A stretch of DNA of 64,000 nt, taken from Macrostomum hystrix (Eukaryota; Animalia; Platyhelminthes). Shown here piece by piece: positions 13,701 through 25,140 of the stretch. The DNA is taken from positions 2,046,001 to 2,110,000 of the forward strand of contig CATNEN010000025.1 of assembly GCA_950097015.1 (NCBI GenBank), given 5' to 3'. The first letter of the stretch is position 1; each line of letters begins with the position of its first letter. Both the position numbers and the translations under genes were made by a program. The notes beneath the pieces were generated by a model. The model did no database searches, was not told the DNA's origin, and saw nothing but the letters and a program-made list of their open reading frames with translations.

Positions 13701-16700
13701 TCGGTACCAGCATTACCTGGGATAATTGAAGGTGGGTGTGGCGTCCCCCCAGTCCATGGACTGAACAGCCGTACGCAGCCTTCAGATGCGCCGCGCAATA
13801 GCTGCGGCTGTGCTGTCGGCTGCACATCTGGCCCAATCGGACAGGTGTAATCAATTATTATTATTCAATTATTATTGACGCATGCAATTTGTAATTTGAG
13901 AATCGAGAATTAATCATTTCCTTACTTTCTGTTCCTCCCTGTGGCATGCCGAACCATTATTTTCGATCCCCCCTCCGTTGCCAAACCAACTGTTTGCAGT
14001 TCCCCAGTGCTAACTAACCCGCGTTCGGCTAAAGTGGCCAGACGAGATGCGGTAATATTCGATGACTACGCTGCTGCTGCTGCTACTGCTGCTACTGCTC
14101 AGCTAGGACTGGCCGCTTCGCCGCGTATTCGAGGCCAGTGCGACCAGTTGCTAAGGACGCCTTGCCGCTTATTGAACAGTCAGAGAAAACAGCCACAGCA
14201 ACTGGGTGGTCAGCAGCAACAGCAGCAGCAGCAGTCTGTCAGTCGCCGCTTTCATTTCAGTTCAACTTTAAAAACGGGAGCCGGTGCCGCCGCTCCGCCT
14301 AGTCATCCGGTTGTGTCGATTCTAAGAAAATCAGCCGCAGCCGCCGCTGGCGGTCAGTCGACTAGGTCGCACAGTCCCGCTGGTAGGCTGCGATTCGCCG
14401 ACGACATAGTCGGCAATGACGCCGCCACGGAGAAGCGCCAGGAACTAGAGAAAGAAGATATCGATGACCGCAATCGTCCGGTTTTGGCCTCCGTCGCTCG
14501 CACTGGTCGGCTGCTTTTTCGTCGGCCGGGAACGCCTGGTCCACCGCCGAAGTCTTTTGATATGTCTATTCCTGATCAGCCGGCGCCTATTCCTATTGGT
14601 GAGGCAGAGTTCCATTTCTTTCATTCAGGTTTTCTTCGATGTTTTCTTTCATTTCTGATTTTGTTACTACTGTAGTTTTGCGATACATATAGGCTAGTTT
14701 TCTTCCTAATCGTTAAAGTACATTAAACTTCGGTGAACGGTAAAGTCGCCAAAAAAGAATTTTTTTAAAACACACTATATCTCTTTTATCTTAAAACAGA
14801 TCTCGACGAAAATAGCTTCGACTCTCCAACCAAAGAGTTGACTGAGCAGCAGCAGCAGCAGGCCTCACAAAAAGCTGCTAATATTGGCGACCATCAAGCA
14901 GAACTGGCTACCTCCTCCTGTGCTGATGTTGAAATGGCGGAGGCGTCGGAGAATTTGTCTGCTCAATCGATCTCCTCTGGTTAGCACATTTCTCAATTCT
15001 CAATTTCTCAATATTGAAGAAACTAGTGGAGATTTCTTTAAGCTCAGAGCTTCGGACTGCTGTCCGATTGGTCGAGAGTTCGAATCCCAGCCCAAGTGAA
15101 GCAGCTTGTGTCCTTAAACAAGACATTTAAGTCCCTAGTGCCCCAGTTCTCCCAGCTGTATAATCTAGGTTAGCAATTTGGGTGGGTGTGGCGGCCAGTC
15201 CGTGGACCGAGCAGTTGTACACCGCATTTGGAAGTGCAATGCGGCTGTGCCATCTATTCATGTCTATCGCTAAACAGGATTATTGGGATTTGCCCAAAAA
15301 ATCCCATTACAGACGAAGATTCTGGTGCGACCTCAAAGAAGCCAAGTCGACCTTTGGCATTCGCCGAGCTGCCTGCAGCTGCTCCGAACTTTGCCGCCAC
15401 CGCTGAAAGAGCCACGCCGACCGTTGGCGCTGCCGCTTCACCGGCTTCCTCCTCTGAGGTGTTTGTAACTCCGGAAGAGACGTGTAAGCAAATTAAATGG
15501 CTATTTAAATACGTGCGTGACATTTATATAGCCATATTTTCATCCCAATCGATCTATATAATTTCAATCCCTTCTCAGCACCGGATGTCGAGTCGCCGCC
15601 TTTGCCAGTCACTGCGCCCGTCTTCAGTCCAGGTGCCGCAGTCGCCAGTCCTGTGGCTTCCATGGCTCGCCGGGATCTAATTGAGCAATCACCTACTGGC
15701 GATGAACTTCCATTGTTTACATTTTCAAAGCCGCTAGCTAATCTGCGACTCATCAATGCTGCTCAGGCTGACTTTGAGGCCACAGTTAATGCCGGATTCG
15801 CCTTCAGTCCGCCCTCTGTGCCTGGAGTCAGTGCCAGGGTGCCACTGCTATTGCCGTCTAGGCGGATGTCGCCCCCGCTTCAGCAGCAACCATCTCGGCA
15901 GATGTCGCCGCCGCTTCAGTCGCCAACTCGGCAGATGTCGCCGCCGCTTCAGTCGCCAACTCGGCAGATGTCGCCGCCGCTTCAGTCGCCAACTCGGCAG
16001 ATGTCGCCACCGCTTCAGTCGCCAACTCGGCAGATGTCGCCGCCGCTTCAGTCGCCAACTCGGCAGATGTCGCCGCCGCTTCAGTCGCCAACTCAGCGGA
16101 TGTCGCCGGCGCATCAGCTATCGCCTCAGCATGCATCGCCCTCGATCATATCAGTTGTTGTCGTCCGTAGGCCGGCTGGTTCACCGATTGTTGTCCATTC
16201 TGCTCGATCAGCTGACACCGAGGCTAGCAGCGACGCCTCCGAGGGTGCCAACGCCGGCCAGAGAACAATAGTGCAAGAGGTCAGCATGGACATCAGCGCT
16301 GCCAATGTCGATGGCGATGCTCTTGAGCAAAGGAATCAGTCAGAGGTCGAGACTCAGGAAAACTCCGGTGAGCCAACGGAGGAGGCGGAGGCTCCAGCCT
16401 CGGCAGCTGATGCATTAGCCTCTGCCTCTGCGGAAACCAAAGACGATGGCATCAACTTTGAGGCTGATAGTTTCTTTGCCAAAGAGCCCGATTCTGTTGC
16501 TGTCAGCGAATCGACGAAGCCTCACACTAGTCAGCAACAAGAAGAGGTTACGACTCCGCCTTCAAGACAACGCGGTCGCAGGCGTCTTCATCAGCTGTCA
16601 CGAACAATAGACGACGAAGAGGCAGTAAAGGATTCAGTTGAAAAAGAAAACGAAACTATTGCCTCTAGTCAGGAGGAAGTCGAGGGCGGCTCAGTCGAGG

Positions 16701-17611
16701 CCGCCTCAACGCCACCGACAGCGCGAAGCGGTGTTGATCATCGACGTCGTAGTAGACGCCGACAAGATTCCGAGTCTTCCATGGAGGCTGATGCGGACTC
16801 TGAGCGCGCGAATAACTCGGAAGAGGAGTCGGAGGCGAAGTCTGACTCGCCAAAGATTCGCTATCCGACGCGACGTCGGGTTTCAATGTCGGCGCCACCG
16901 ACCCCGACGCCGGCGCCAGGGCCTCTGCAGGCCAAACAGCAGCAGCTGCGCCGAAGCTCGAGGCGAGCCTCAATCCAGTCTTTAGCTGACGATTCCGAGT
17001 CAGCAATGCCGCCGCCGCCGCCGCCAACATCATTTTCAGTGTCGCAGTCAACTTCAGCGTCGACAATGGTTGGCGCGGCGTCGGCCGCTGTAGCCGCTGA
17101 AGACGATCCTTTGAACACCAGCGCCAGCTCCATGGACTCAGAGCTGTCCAGTGTCAGCGCTCCTGCCGGTCCGGTTCGTAGATCGAATCGCCTGCGCGTC
17201 GGCCGTCGACAGCAGCCGCCAAGATTGGCTAGAAGTCGGCGCGCATCAGACGCCTCGGCTGTCGACGACGACCTGCCGGCGTTGCCAGAGGAAGCGGCGT
17301 CCCAGTTTTCGCCGGGTTCATCAGCGGCTGCACCCCACGACGCCACCGCCGCAGCTCGCGGCGGCAGGCGACGTCGTGGCCGGCTGGCGACTGCCCGGCC
17401 ATCATCGGAAGCAGGCTTCGGCTCGCCAGATAGCGCCACCAGCGAAGCTAGCAGCTGCCTGAGCATCCGGACTGACACTGATCAGCAGCGACGTCGCGGT
17501 GTTGGTCGACGCGGGGCCCGCGGTCGAACTGTCGACGCCGGGCCGACGATGGCAGCCGAGACGCCAACTGCTGGTGGCAGGCGAACTGGTCTGCGCAGTC
17601 GGGATAAATGA
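4733..17611 (+). CDS. AHCTF1: ELYS/AHCTF1 (MEL-28) nucleoporin, multi-exon, ~2216 aa
   Basis: Phase-consistent GT-AG exons: 4733-5366, 6764-6944, 8126-8807, 9038-10171, 11225-11737, 11885-12119, 12922-13081, 13333-13461, 14000-14598, 14800-14979, 15313-15483, 15579-17611. Propeller segment VTVTALHYARLTASLLVGFSFGGAQIW and helical-domain LWSLDH resemble ELYS. SILR and RLRF PP1-docking-type motifs lie in exon 14000-14598, followed by a long S/P/R-rich disordered C-terminus. A probable extra first exon is at 4369-4465 (see findings). Confidence 0.85.
5443..6199. repeat. 34-bp minisatellite (ELYS intron)
   Basis: Unit gagatgcctctctcaccctccagaacctcaggtt. Confidence 0.95.
6200..6670. repeat. 29-bp minisatellite contiguous with the 34-bp array
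   Basis: Unit gagctgccaatcccccagaaactcaggtt. Confidence 0.95.
7100..8062. repeat. 23-bp pyrimidine-rich minisatellite, largely alternating two variants (46-bp dimer)
   Basis: Units ctctgtatccctcccttccccat and ctctgtatccctcccttgcccac. Confidence 0.95.
10320..11035. repeat. 21-bp minisatellite (ELYS intron)
   Basis: Unit ccctagactagctgtcctatt. Confidence 0.93.
12152..12872. repeat. 23-bp minisatellite filling an ELYS intron
   Basis: Unit ggatccattcagcctctccctca. Confidence 0.95.
13661..13876 (+). mobile_element. SINE family A copy (5'-truncated) in an ELYS intron
   Basis: Near-identical to 35940-36110 (cagttcacccagctgttaaat...ccagtccatggactgaacag...ggctgcacatctgg), with an ATT-rich tail. 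Confidence 0.75.
15040..15252 (+). mobile_element. SINE family A copy in an ELYS intron
   Basis: B-box GTTCGAATCC, then tgtgtccttaaacaagacatttaa...cagttctcccagctgtataa...gggtgggtgtggcgg. Confidence 0.65.
15866..16130 (+). repeat. 33-bp coding repeat in the last ELYS exon (RQMSPPLQSPT)
   Basis: Unit cggcagatgtcgccgccgcttcagtcgccaact, about 6-7 in-frame copies. Confidence 0.92.
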
Positions 17612-17668
17612 TTGACCTAAGTGGCCTAACCGTAGCTATTTGATTGTCCAGCTCAGTTACTCAATGCG

Positions 17669-17737
17669 TCTCCCATTGAGCTGAGACTCGAGCTCCCGAC
17701 CTTCCGCTCATAAGTCCTAGGCTCTAACCAGGTGACC
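17669..17737 (-). other. Degenerate tRNA-like sequence (SINE head or tRNA pseudogene)
   Basis: Reverse complement has TGGTTAGAGC (A-box) and aaggtcgggagctcgagtc (degenerate T-arm), with no intact cloverleaf. A similar remnant lies at ~27045-27100. Confidence 0.4.
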
Positions 17738-18563
17738 TTAAAAAGTCAGAAATTTTAGTGACAAAAGTTGAAGTCCCTAAAATATTTTTATCATCGGCTT
17801 GTTGAAAAAGTAAAGACAGTTTAAAAAATTTTAATTTTACTCTTAAAGCCGCGTCTAATTAGGATTTAGTTAGTAAATTAAAAAGTTTTATAATGGTCTA
17901 ATTGTAGTGTATTATATATAGTTTAGCTACATGCTGCAGTTTAAGCCATATCTATCTATATAAATAGTCTATGCAGTGCATTTTCTTCCTATTTTATATT
18001 AGTTTCCCTGTTCCTAGTTGGTTGTCTGGTCAGGTTGTCTCGACCTTTTTTGCCTTAATCGGGTCATTGCCCTCCTAGTAATATATGATAATTCACCCTC
18101 TTATATTTTGTTGCCTCTTGTAAACAATTTAAACATTTTGTATTATCTGATCATATTTCTTCTTAAAACCTATTTTTCTTATTATTTTGCTTAAATAATT
18201 AATACCCGAAACTTACTATTTAATTAGTTTCCGCGACGGTAGTGTCACCCGAAAATGGCGCTTCTATTTTTCTTTGACTTCTATTTTTAGTGTCATGTTG
18301 CACATGGGACACTTCTATTTGCTTCTGTGAAATTTCTGTATTTTAAATTATTCTATTTCTTATAAACTCGAACGTCATTTGGCCCCACAAACTGATTTAC
18401 AAAACAATTTTAGTGCATTCTTTTGAAATAATCAATTAAAAACTGAATCCGCATCTGGCTTGAGTGTGTCACTTTGCACTTTTAGTGTCGCCTGCTATCG
18501 ACTTATTCTATTTCCTTGTCTTGCGTTAACTTATCAATTTAGACTTTGAATGTTTTTTAGTAA

Positions 18564-21092
18564 ATTGCTAGTCTAGCCCATGTGTGATGAAATATAATAA
18601 TGTATTGCTAGTCTAGCCCATGTGTGATGAAATATAATAATGGATTGCTAGTCTAGCCCATGTGTGATGAAATATAATAATGGATTGCTAGTCTAGCCCA
18701 TGTGTGATGAAATATAATAATGGATTGCTAGTCTAGCCCATGTGTGATGAAATATAATAATGGATTGCTAGTCTAGCCCATGTGTGATGAAATATAATAA
18801 TGGATTGCTAGTCTAGCCCATGTGTGATGAAATATAATAATGGATTGCTAGTCTAGCCCATGTGTGATAAAATATAATAATGGATTGCTAGTCTAGCCCA
18901 TGTGTGATGAAATATAATAATGGATTGCTAGTCTAGCCCATGTGTGATGAAATATAAAAATGGATTGCTAGTCTAGCCCATGTGTGATGAAATATAAAAA
19001 TGGATTGCTAGTCTAGCCCATGTGTGATGAAATATAATAATGGATTGCTAGTCTAGCCCATGTGTAATGAAATATAATAATGGATTCCTAGTCTAGCCCA
19101 TGTGTAATGAAATATAATAATGGATTCCTAGTCTAGCCCATGTGTAATGAAATATAATAATGGATTGCTAGTTTAGCCCATGTGTGATGAAATATAATAA
19201 TGGATTGCTAGTTTAGCCCATGTGTGATGAAATATAATAATGGATTGCTAGTTTAGCCCATGTGTGATGAAATATAATAATGGATTGCTAGTCTAGCCCA
19301 TGTGTGATGAAATATAAAAATGGATTGCTAGTCTAGCCCATGTGTGATGAAATATAAAAATGGATTGCTAGTCTAGCCCATGTGTGATGAAATATAATAA
19401 TGGATTGCTAGTCTAGCCCATGTGTGATGAAATATAATAATGGATTCCTAGTCTAGCCCATGTGTAATGAAATATAATAATGGATTCCTAGTCTAGCCCA
19501 TGTGTAATGAAATATAATAATGGATTGCTAGTTTAGCCCATGTGTGATGAAATATAATAATGGATTGCTAGTCTAGCCCATGTGTGATGAAATATAATAA
19601 TGGATTCCTAGTCTAGCCCATGTGTAATGAAATATAATAATGGATTCCTAGTCTAGCCCATGTGTAATGAAATATAATAATGGATTGCTAGTCTAGCCCA
19701 TGTGTGATGAAATAGAATGGATTGCTAGTCTAGCCCATGTGTGATGAAATAGAATGGATTGCTAGTCTAGCCCATGTGTGATGAAATAGAATGGATTGCT
19801 AGTCTAGCCCATGTGTAATGAAATATAATAATGGATTCCTAGTCTAGCCCATGTGTAATGAAATATAATAATGGATTGCTAGTTTAGCCCATGTGTGATG
19901 AAATAGAATGGATTGCTAGTCTAGCCCATGTGTGATGAAATAGAATGGATTGCTAGTCTAGCCCATGTGTGATGAAATATAATAATGGATTGCTAGTCTA
20001 GCCCATGTGTGATGAAATATAATAATGGATTGCTAGTCTAGCCCATGTGTGATGAAATATAATAATGGATTGCTAGTCTAGCCCATGTGTGATGAAATAT
20101 AATAATGGATTGCTAGTCTAGCCCATGTGTGATGAAATATAATAATGGATTGCTAGTCTAGCCCATGTGTGATGAAATATAATAATGGATTGCTAGTCTA
20201 GCCCATGTGTGATGAAATATAATAATGGATTGCTAGTCTAGCCCATGTGTGATGAAATATAATAATGGATTGCTAGTCTAGCCCATGTGTGATGAAATAT
20301 AAAAATGGATTGCTAGTCTAGCCCATCTGTGATGAAATAGAATGTATTGCTAGTCTAGCCCATCTGTGATGAAATATAATAATGGATTGCTAGTCTAGCC
20401 CATGTGTGATGAAATATAAAAATGGATTGCTAGTCTAGCCCATGTGTGATGAAATAGAATGGATTGCTAGTCTAGCCCATGTGTGATGAAATATAATAAT
20501 GGATTGCTAGTCTAGCCCATGTGTGATGAAATATAATAATGGATTGCTAGTCTAGCCCATGTGTGATGAAATATAATAATGGATTGCTAGTCTAGCCCAT
20601 GTGTGATGAAATATAATAATGGATTGCTAGTCTAGCCCATGTGTGATGAAATATAATAATGGATTGCTAGTCTAGCCCATGTGTGATGAAATATAATAAT
20701 GGATTGCTAGTCTAGCCCATGTGTGATGAAATATAATAATGGATTGCTAGTCTAGCCCATGTGTGATGAAATATAATAATGGATTGCTAGTCTAGCCCAT
20801 GTGTGATGAAATATAAAAATGGATTGCTAGTCTAGCCCATCTGTGATGAAATAGAATGGATTGCTAGTCTAGCCCATCTGTGATGAAATATAATAATGGA
20901 TTGCTAGTCTAGCCCATGTGTGATGAAATATAAAAATGGATTGCTAGTCTAGCCCATGTGTGATGAAATAGAATGGATTGCTAGTCTAGCCCATGTGTGA
21001 TGAAATATAATAATGGATTGCTAGTCTAGCCCATGTGTGATGAAATATAATAATGGATTGCTAGTCTAGTCCATGAGTGATGACATAGAATG
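18564..21092. repeat. 40-bp satellite with 37-bp variants, upstream of RPB9
   Basis: Unit tggattgctagtctagcccatgtgtgatgaaatataataa, ~2.5 kb. Confidence 0.97.
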
Positions 21093-21203
21093 GATGGCAA
21101 ATCTTACCGATTGCCCTGGCTTAGCTGACATTATTCTCAAGCTGGTTTGTACTCGTTAAAATTTCAGCTATTTTAGAGTCGCAACTCTCGGACTGCTCAA
21201 CCA

Positions 21204-22329
21204 ATGGATTACTCAGGCTTCGATGACGCCGCCTCAGTCTCCAGCAACAAAGACAAAGACGGCATTGACGGAGGCAATGGCGAACTAAAGTTCGTTGGCA
21301 TCCTGTTCTGTCAGGAGTGTAACAACATGCTTTACCCCAGGGAGGATAAGGCTAACAGACAACTGGTATACTCTGTGAGTTTGAAATTCAATTATCCCAC
21401 ACACTGACATTCCCCATCCAATTATCCCCACACACTGACATTCCCCATCCAATTATCCCTACACACTGACATTCCCCATCCAATTATCCCTACACACTGA
21501 CATTCCCCATCCAATTATCTCCACACACTGACATTCCCCATCCAATTATCTCCACACACTGACATTCCCCATGCAATTATCCCCACACACTGACATTCCC
21601 CATGCAATTATCCCCAAGCACTGACATCCCCCATGCAATTATCCCCACACACTGACATTCCCCATGCAATTATCCCCAAGCACTGACATCCCCCATGCAA
21701 TTATCCCCACACACTGACATTCCCCATGCAATTATCCCCACACACTGACATTCCCCATGCAATTATCCCCACACACTGACATTCCCCATGCAATTATCTC
21801 CACACACTGACATTCCCCATGCAATTATCCCCACACACTGACATTCCCCATGCAATTATCCCCACACACTGACATTCCCCATGCAATTATCTCCACACAC
21901 TGACATTCCCCATGCAATTATCCCCACACACTGACATTCCCCATGCAATTATCCCCACACACTGACATTCCCCATGCAATTATCTCCACACATTGACATA
22001 CCCCATCCAATTATCCCCCACACTGACAATTCCCATCCAATTATCCCACACAGTGCCGCAACTGCGGCTACTCCCAGCCGGCATCGAATCCATGCGTCTA
22101 CGTCAACAAGGTCGAGCACGACGTTGACGAGCTGACCCAGATTGTGGCCGACGTCATTCACGATCCGACCCTGCCGCGCACTTACGATCATCCGTGCCCG
22201 ATGTGTCACAATAGGGACGCCGTGTTTTTTCAATCGCAGAGCAAGCGCGCAGAGGAGGGCATGAAGCTCTACTATGTGTGCCGCAATGAGGGCTGCGCTT
22301 ACAAATGGACTGACACCTCTGCTCAGTAA
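21204..22329 (+). CDS. POLR2I: DNA-directed RNA polymerase II subunit RPB9
   Basis: Exons 21204-21374 and 22054-22329 splice in frame: [16 protein letters not shown]...CRNCGY...[24 protein letters not shown]...LYYVC, the two zinc ribbons typical of RPB9. Confidence 0.97.
21390..22050. repeat. 31-bp minisatellite forming almost the whole RPB9 intron
   Basis: Unit cccacacactgacattccccatgcaattatc. Confidence 0.96.
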
Positions 22330-22609
22330 CCTGATGCTTCATTGCGAGTACCGTTTATCACAGCCTATTTGACCGCCTGAATCCCCGAACTGAAATTCTC
22401 GCACTTAATTCCACCAAACTAAGATCCTAATACTTCGAAAATATCCGTACATCGAGAGTCTCAAATCTGAATTCCTCGACTAGATAATTATCCCCAAACA
22501 GAAGATCCCACACTGTGATCCTCATACATAAATGACCTTCAAAAATATTTTCCTGCCTTAATTTTCAAACATCGGTATCACAAAAAGCAAAACCTACATT
22601 TACAATCCC

Positions 22610-22775
22610 AGATCTAGATCCCCAAATCAAATCTCCCCATTTAGACTCCCAAATCAGGATCCCCAAGCAAAATCCCACCTTTGCCGACTCACCAAGCAAA
22701 ATCCCGAATCTAAATCCCCAAGCAAAATCCCGAATCTAAATCCCCAAGCAAAATCTGACCTTTAGAACCCCAAAT
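22610..22775. repeat. Short degenerate C/A-rich repeat downstream of RPB9
   Basis: Recurrent ccccaagcaaaatcccgaatctaaat. Confidence 0.6.
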
Positions 22776-23324
22776 CATTGGCCTAAACGTATGTTCTCAA
22801 ACCTGAATCCATTTAGCACTGTTAACTTGATTGCTGTGTTTTGTTATTTACGTATTGCAGACAAATTGCATTGTGCTTATGGTTTAATTAAAAAACATAA
22901 ACAAACAAGAGTGAAAACTATCTTTGCATTTTTCGATCTCATATCGAGAGTTCGTGTAGTTGTAACATCTTTTAGTTAAAGCAATATAACTGATTAAAAG
23001 TAAAAATTATACTGTAAACGTATTAAGTAAGTAATATAGCGTTATTATGTTTTAAAATAAGTTTATTTGGTGTATAATTCTGTTGCTAGAAGTATTTTTG
23101 GCCTTGGTTTTCTTTCGTTTCTCTTTTCGATTTAGCTAATAGCTAGTACATTTTATTTGGTGAGATTCGTCTGAATTTACTTGCGTTTCTAGTATTCTTT
23201 GATTGATAAAGAGTTGCTGGTGCTTGGTTGTACAATTTATTTTCTGTGATCGATTAGTCAAAAATTTAATTCGTCTAGATGTCTGTGATTGGTCAGTGTT
23301 TGTACTCGTAATAGTTTCGCTGCC

Positions 23325-24295
23325 TGTAATTGGTCGGAAGTTGTTTTTGGTTTGGCCGTCTGTAATTGGTCGGAAGTTGTTTTTGGTTTGGCCGTCTGTA
23401 ATTGGTCGGAAGTTGTTTTTGGTTTGGCCGTCTGTAATTGGTCGGAAGTTGTTCTTGGTTTGGCCGTCTGTAATTGGTCGGAAGTTGTTTTTGGTTTGGC
23501 CGTCTGTAATTGGTCGGAAGTTGTTCTTGGTTTGGCCGTCTGTAATTGGTCGGAAGTTGTTTTTGGTTTGGCCGTCTGTAATTGGTCGGAAGTTGTTTTT
23601 GGTTTGGCCGTCTGTAATTGGCCAGAATTTGTGTTGGTTTCACTGTCTGTAATTGGTCGGCAGTTGTTTTTGGCTTTGCCGTCTGTAATTGGTCAGAATT
23701 TGTATTGGTTTCGCTGTCTGTAATTGGGACGGAAGTTGTTTTTGGTTTGGCCGTCTGTAATTGGTCGGAAGTTGTTCTTGGTTTGGCCGTCTGTAATTGG
23801 TCGGAAGTTGTTTTTGGTTTGGCCGTCTGTAATTGGTCGGAAGTTGTTTTTGGTTTGGCCGTCTGTAATTGGCCAGAATTTGTGTTGGTTTCACTGTCTG
23901 TAATTGGTCGGCAGTTGTTTTTGGCTTTGCCGTCTGTAATTGGTCAGAATTTGTATTGGTTTCGCTGTCTGTAATTGGTCGGAAGTTGTTTTTGGTTTGG
24001 CCGTCTGTAATTGGTCGGAAGTTGTTTTTGGTTTGGCCGTCTGTAATTGGTCGGAAGTTGTTCTTGGTTTGGCCGTCTGTAATTGGTCAGAAGTTGTTTT
24101 TGGTTTGGCCGTCTGTAATTGGTCGGAAGTTGTTCTTGGTTTGGCCGTCTGTAATTGGCCAGAATTGTGTTGGTTTCACTGTCTGTAATTGGTCGGAAGT
24201 TGTTTTTGGCTTTGCCGTCTGTAATTGGTCAGAATTTGTATTGGTTTCGCTGTCTGTAATTGGTCGGAAGTTGTTTCTGGTTTGGCCGTCTGTGA
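23325..24295. repeat. 36-bp minisatellite upstream of DPM3
   Basis: Unit tgtaattggtcggaagttgtttttggtttggccgtc, with recurring variant blocks. Confidence 0.95.
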
Positions 24296-24420
24296 TCATT
24301 CAGAAGTATTATGTAAATTTTCTAGAATTTCTAGAATTCAGCACAAACCATTGCCGTGATTTCAGAGTGACAATATATAAGCTTCGCTAACAGAATCCAC
24401 AGCAACCTGCTAGCTAATCT

Positions 24421-24738
24421 ATGGCCCTGACAAAGCTAGTCCAGTGGCTACTTGGCGGCTGCTGTTTTATCGCACTGTGGGTGGCTCTGATCTACGATCT
24501 GGTGCCAGTTGAGCTCACGCCAATGGGTCGTCACGTGACTTACTATCTGCCGCTGTACGCTGGCGCCTTGTTCGGCATCGCGTCTGCTCTGACCATTGTC
24601 TATCGGGTGCTGATGTTCAACGATTGTCCCGAAGCTCACGCTGAACTGGTGCAGGAGATTGCAGAGGCTAAGAAAGATTTGGCTAAGCGCGGATTTAAAT
24701 TTGTGGCGAATGATAGAAGTGGAAAAAAAGCTTCATAG
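24421..24738 (+). CDS. DPM3: Dolichol-phosphate mannosyltransferase subunit 3
   Basis: 105-aa single-exon ORF starting MALTKLVQWL, with two hydrophobic segments and the C-terminal FNDCPEAHAELVQEIAEAKKDLAKRGFKF signature. Confidence 0.95.
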   Translation: MALTKLVQWLLGGCCFIALWVALIYDLVPVELTPMGRHVTYYLPLYAGALFGIASALTIVYRVLMFNDCPEAHAELVQEIAEAKKDLAKRGFKFVANDRSGKKAS

Positions 24739-24864
24739 TGTACTGGACTTTTAGTAGCCCTTTCTAATAATAATATTAATAACAATAATTGCAGGAGGGT
24801 TGCGAGCAATGCCACATTATTTGGTGACACTAAGTTGTTCTTGGTGTCTTCTAGACCTGGAGCT

Positions 24865-25140
24865 AGCGAGGAGGCAATTTTACCCATTGAGCACACACGC
24901 ACACAGATACTGTACTGTACACAAGCACAGGTGTCTACATCTGGCCTTACTTTCTCATCGTCAGGCAGTGTACACTTTCACTGTGCCTTGGAGGTTGGCC
25001 CTCAAGGGCGTAAATTGCATGACAAGCCCCCAAGCCTTCTCTCCGCGGCTGCGCCACAAATAAATGTGGCCTCGCCGCGGAATCGAACTTACCTTGGTGC
25101 GAGAGGCAAACGCGTTAACCGCTCTGCCACCGACCCCCAG
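24865..25140 (-). mobile_element. tRNA-derived SINE family B copy
   Basis: Minus-strand tRNA-like head (GGTGGCAGAGCGGTTAACGCG...GTTCGATTCC). The body aligns by eye with 31541-31813. Confidence 0.7.

Noticed and set aside
18564-24295. 36-bp and 40-bp direct repeats of CRISPR-like length
   Set aside because: The repeats are head-to-tail with no unique spacers, there are no cas genes, and the context is eukaryotic.
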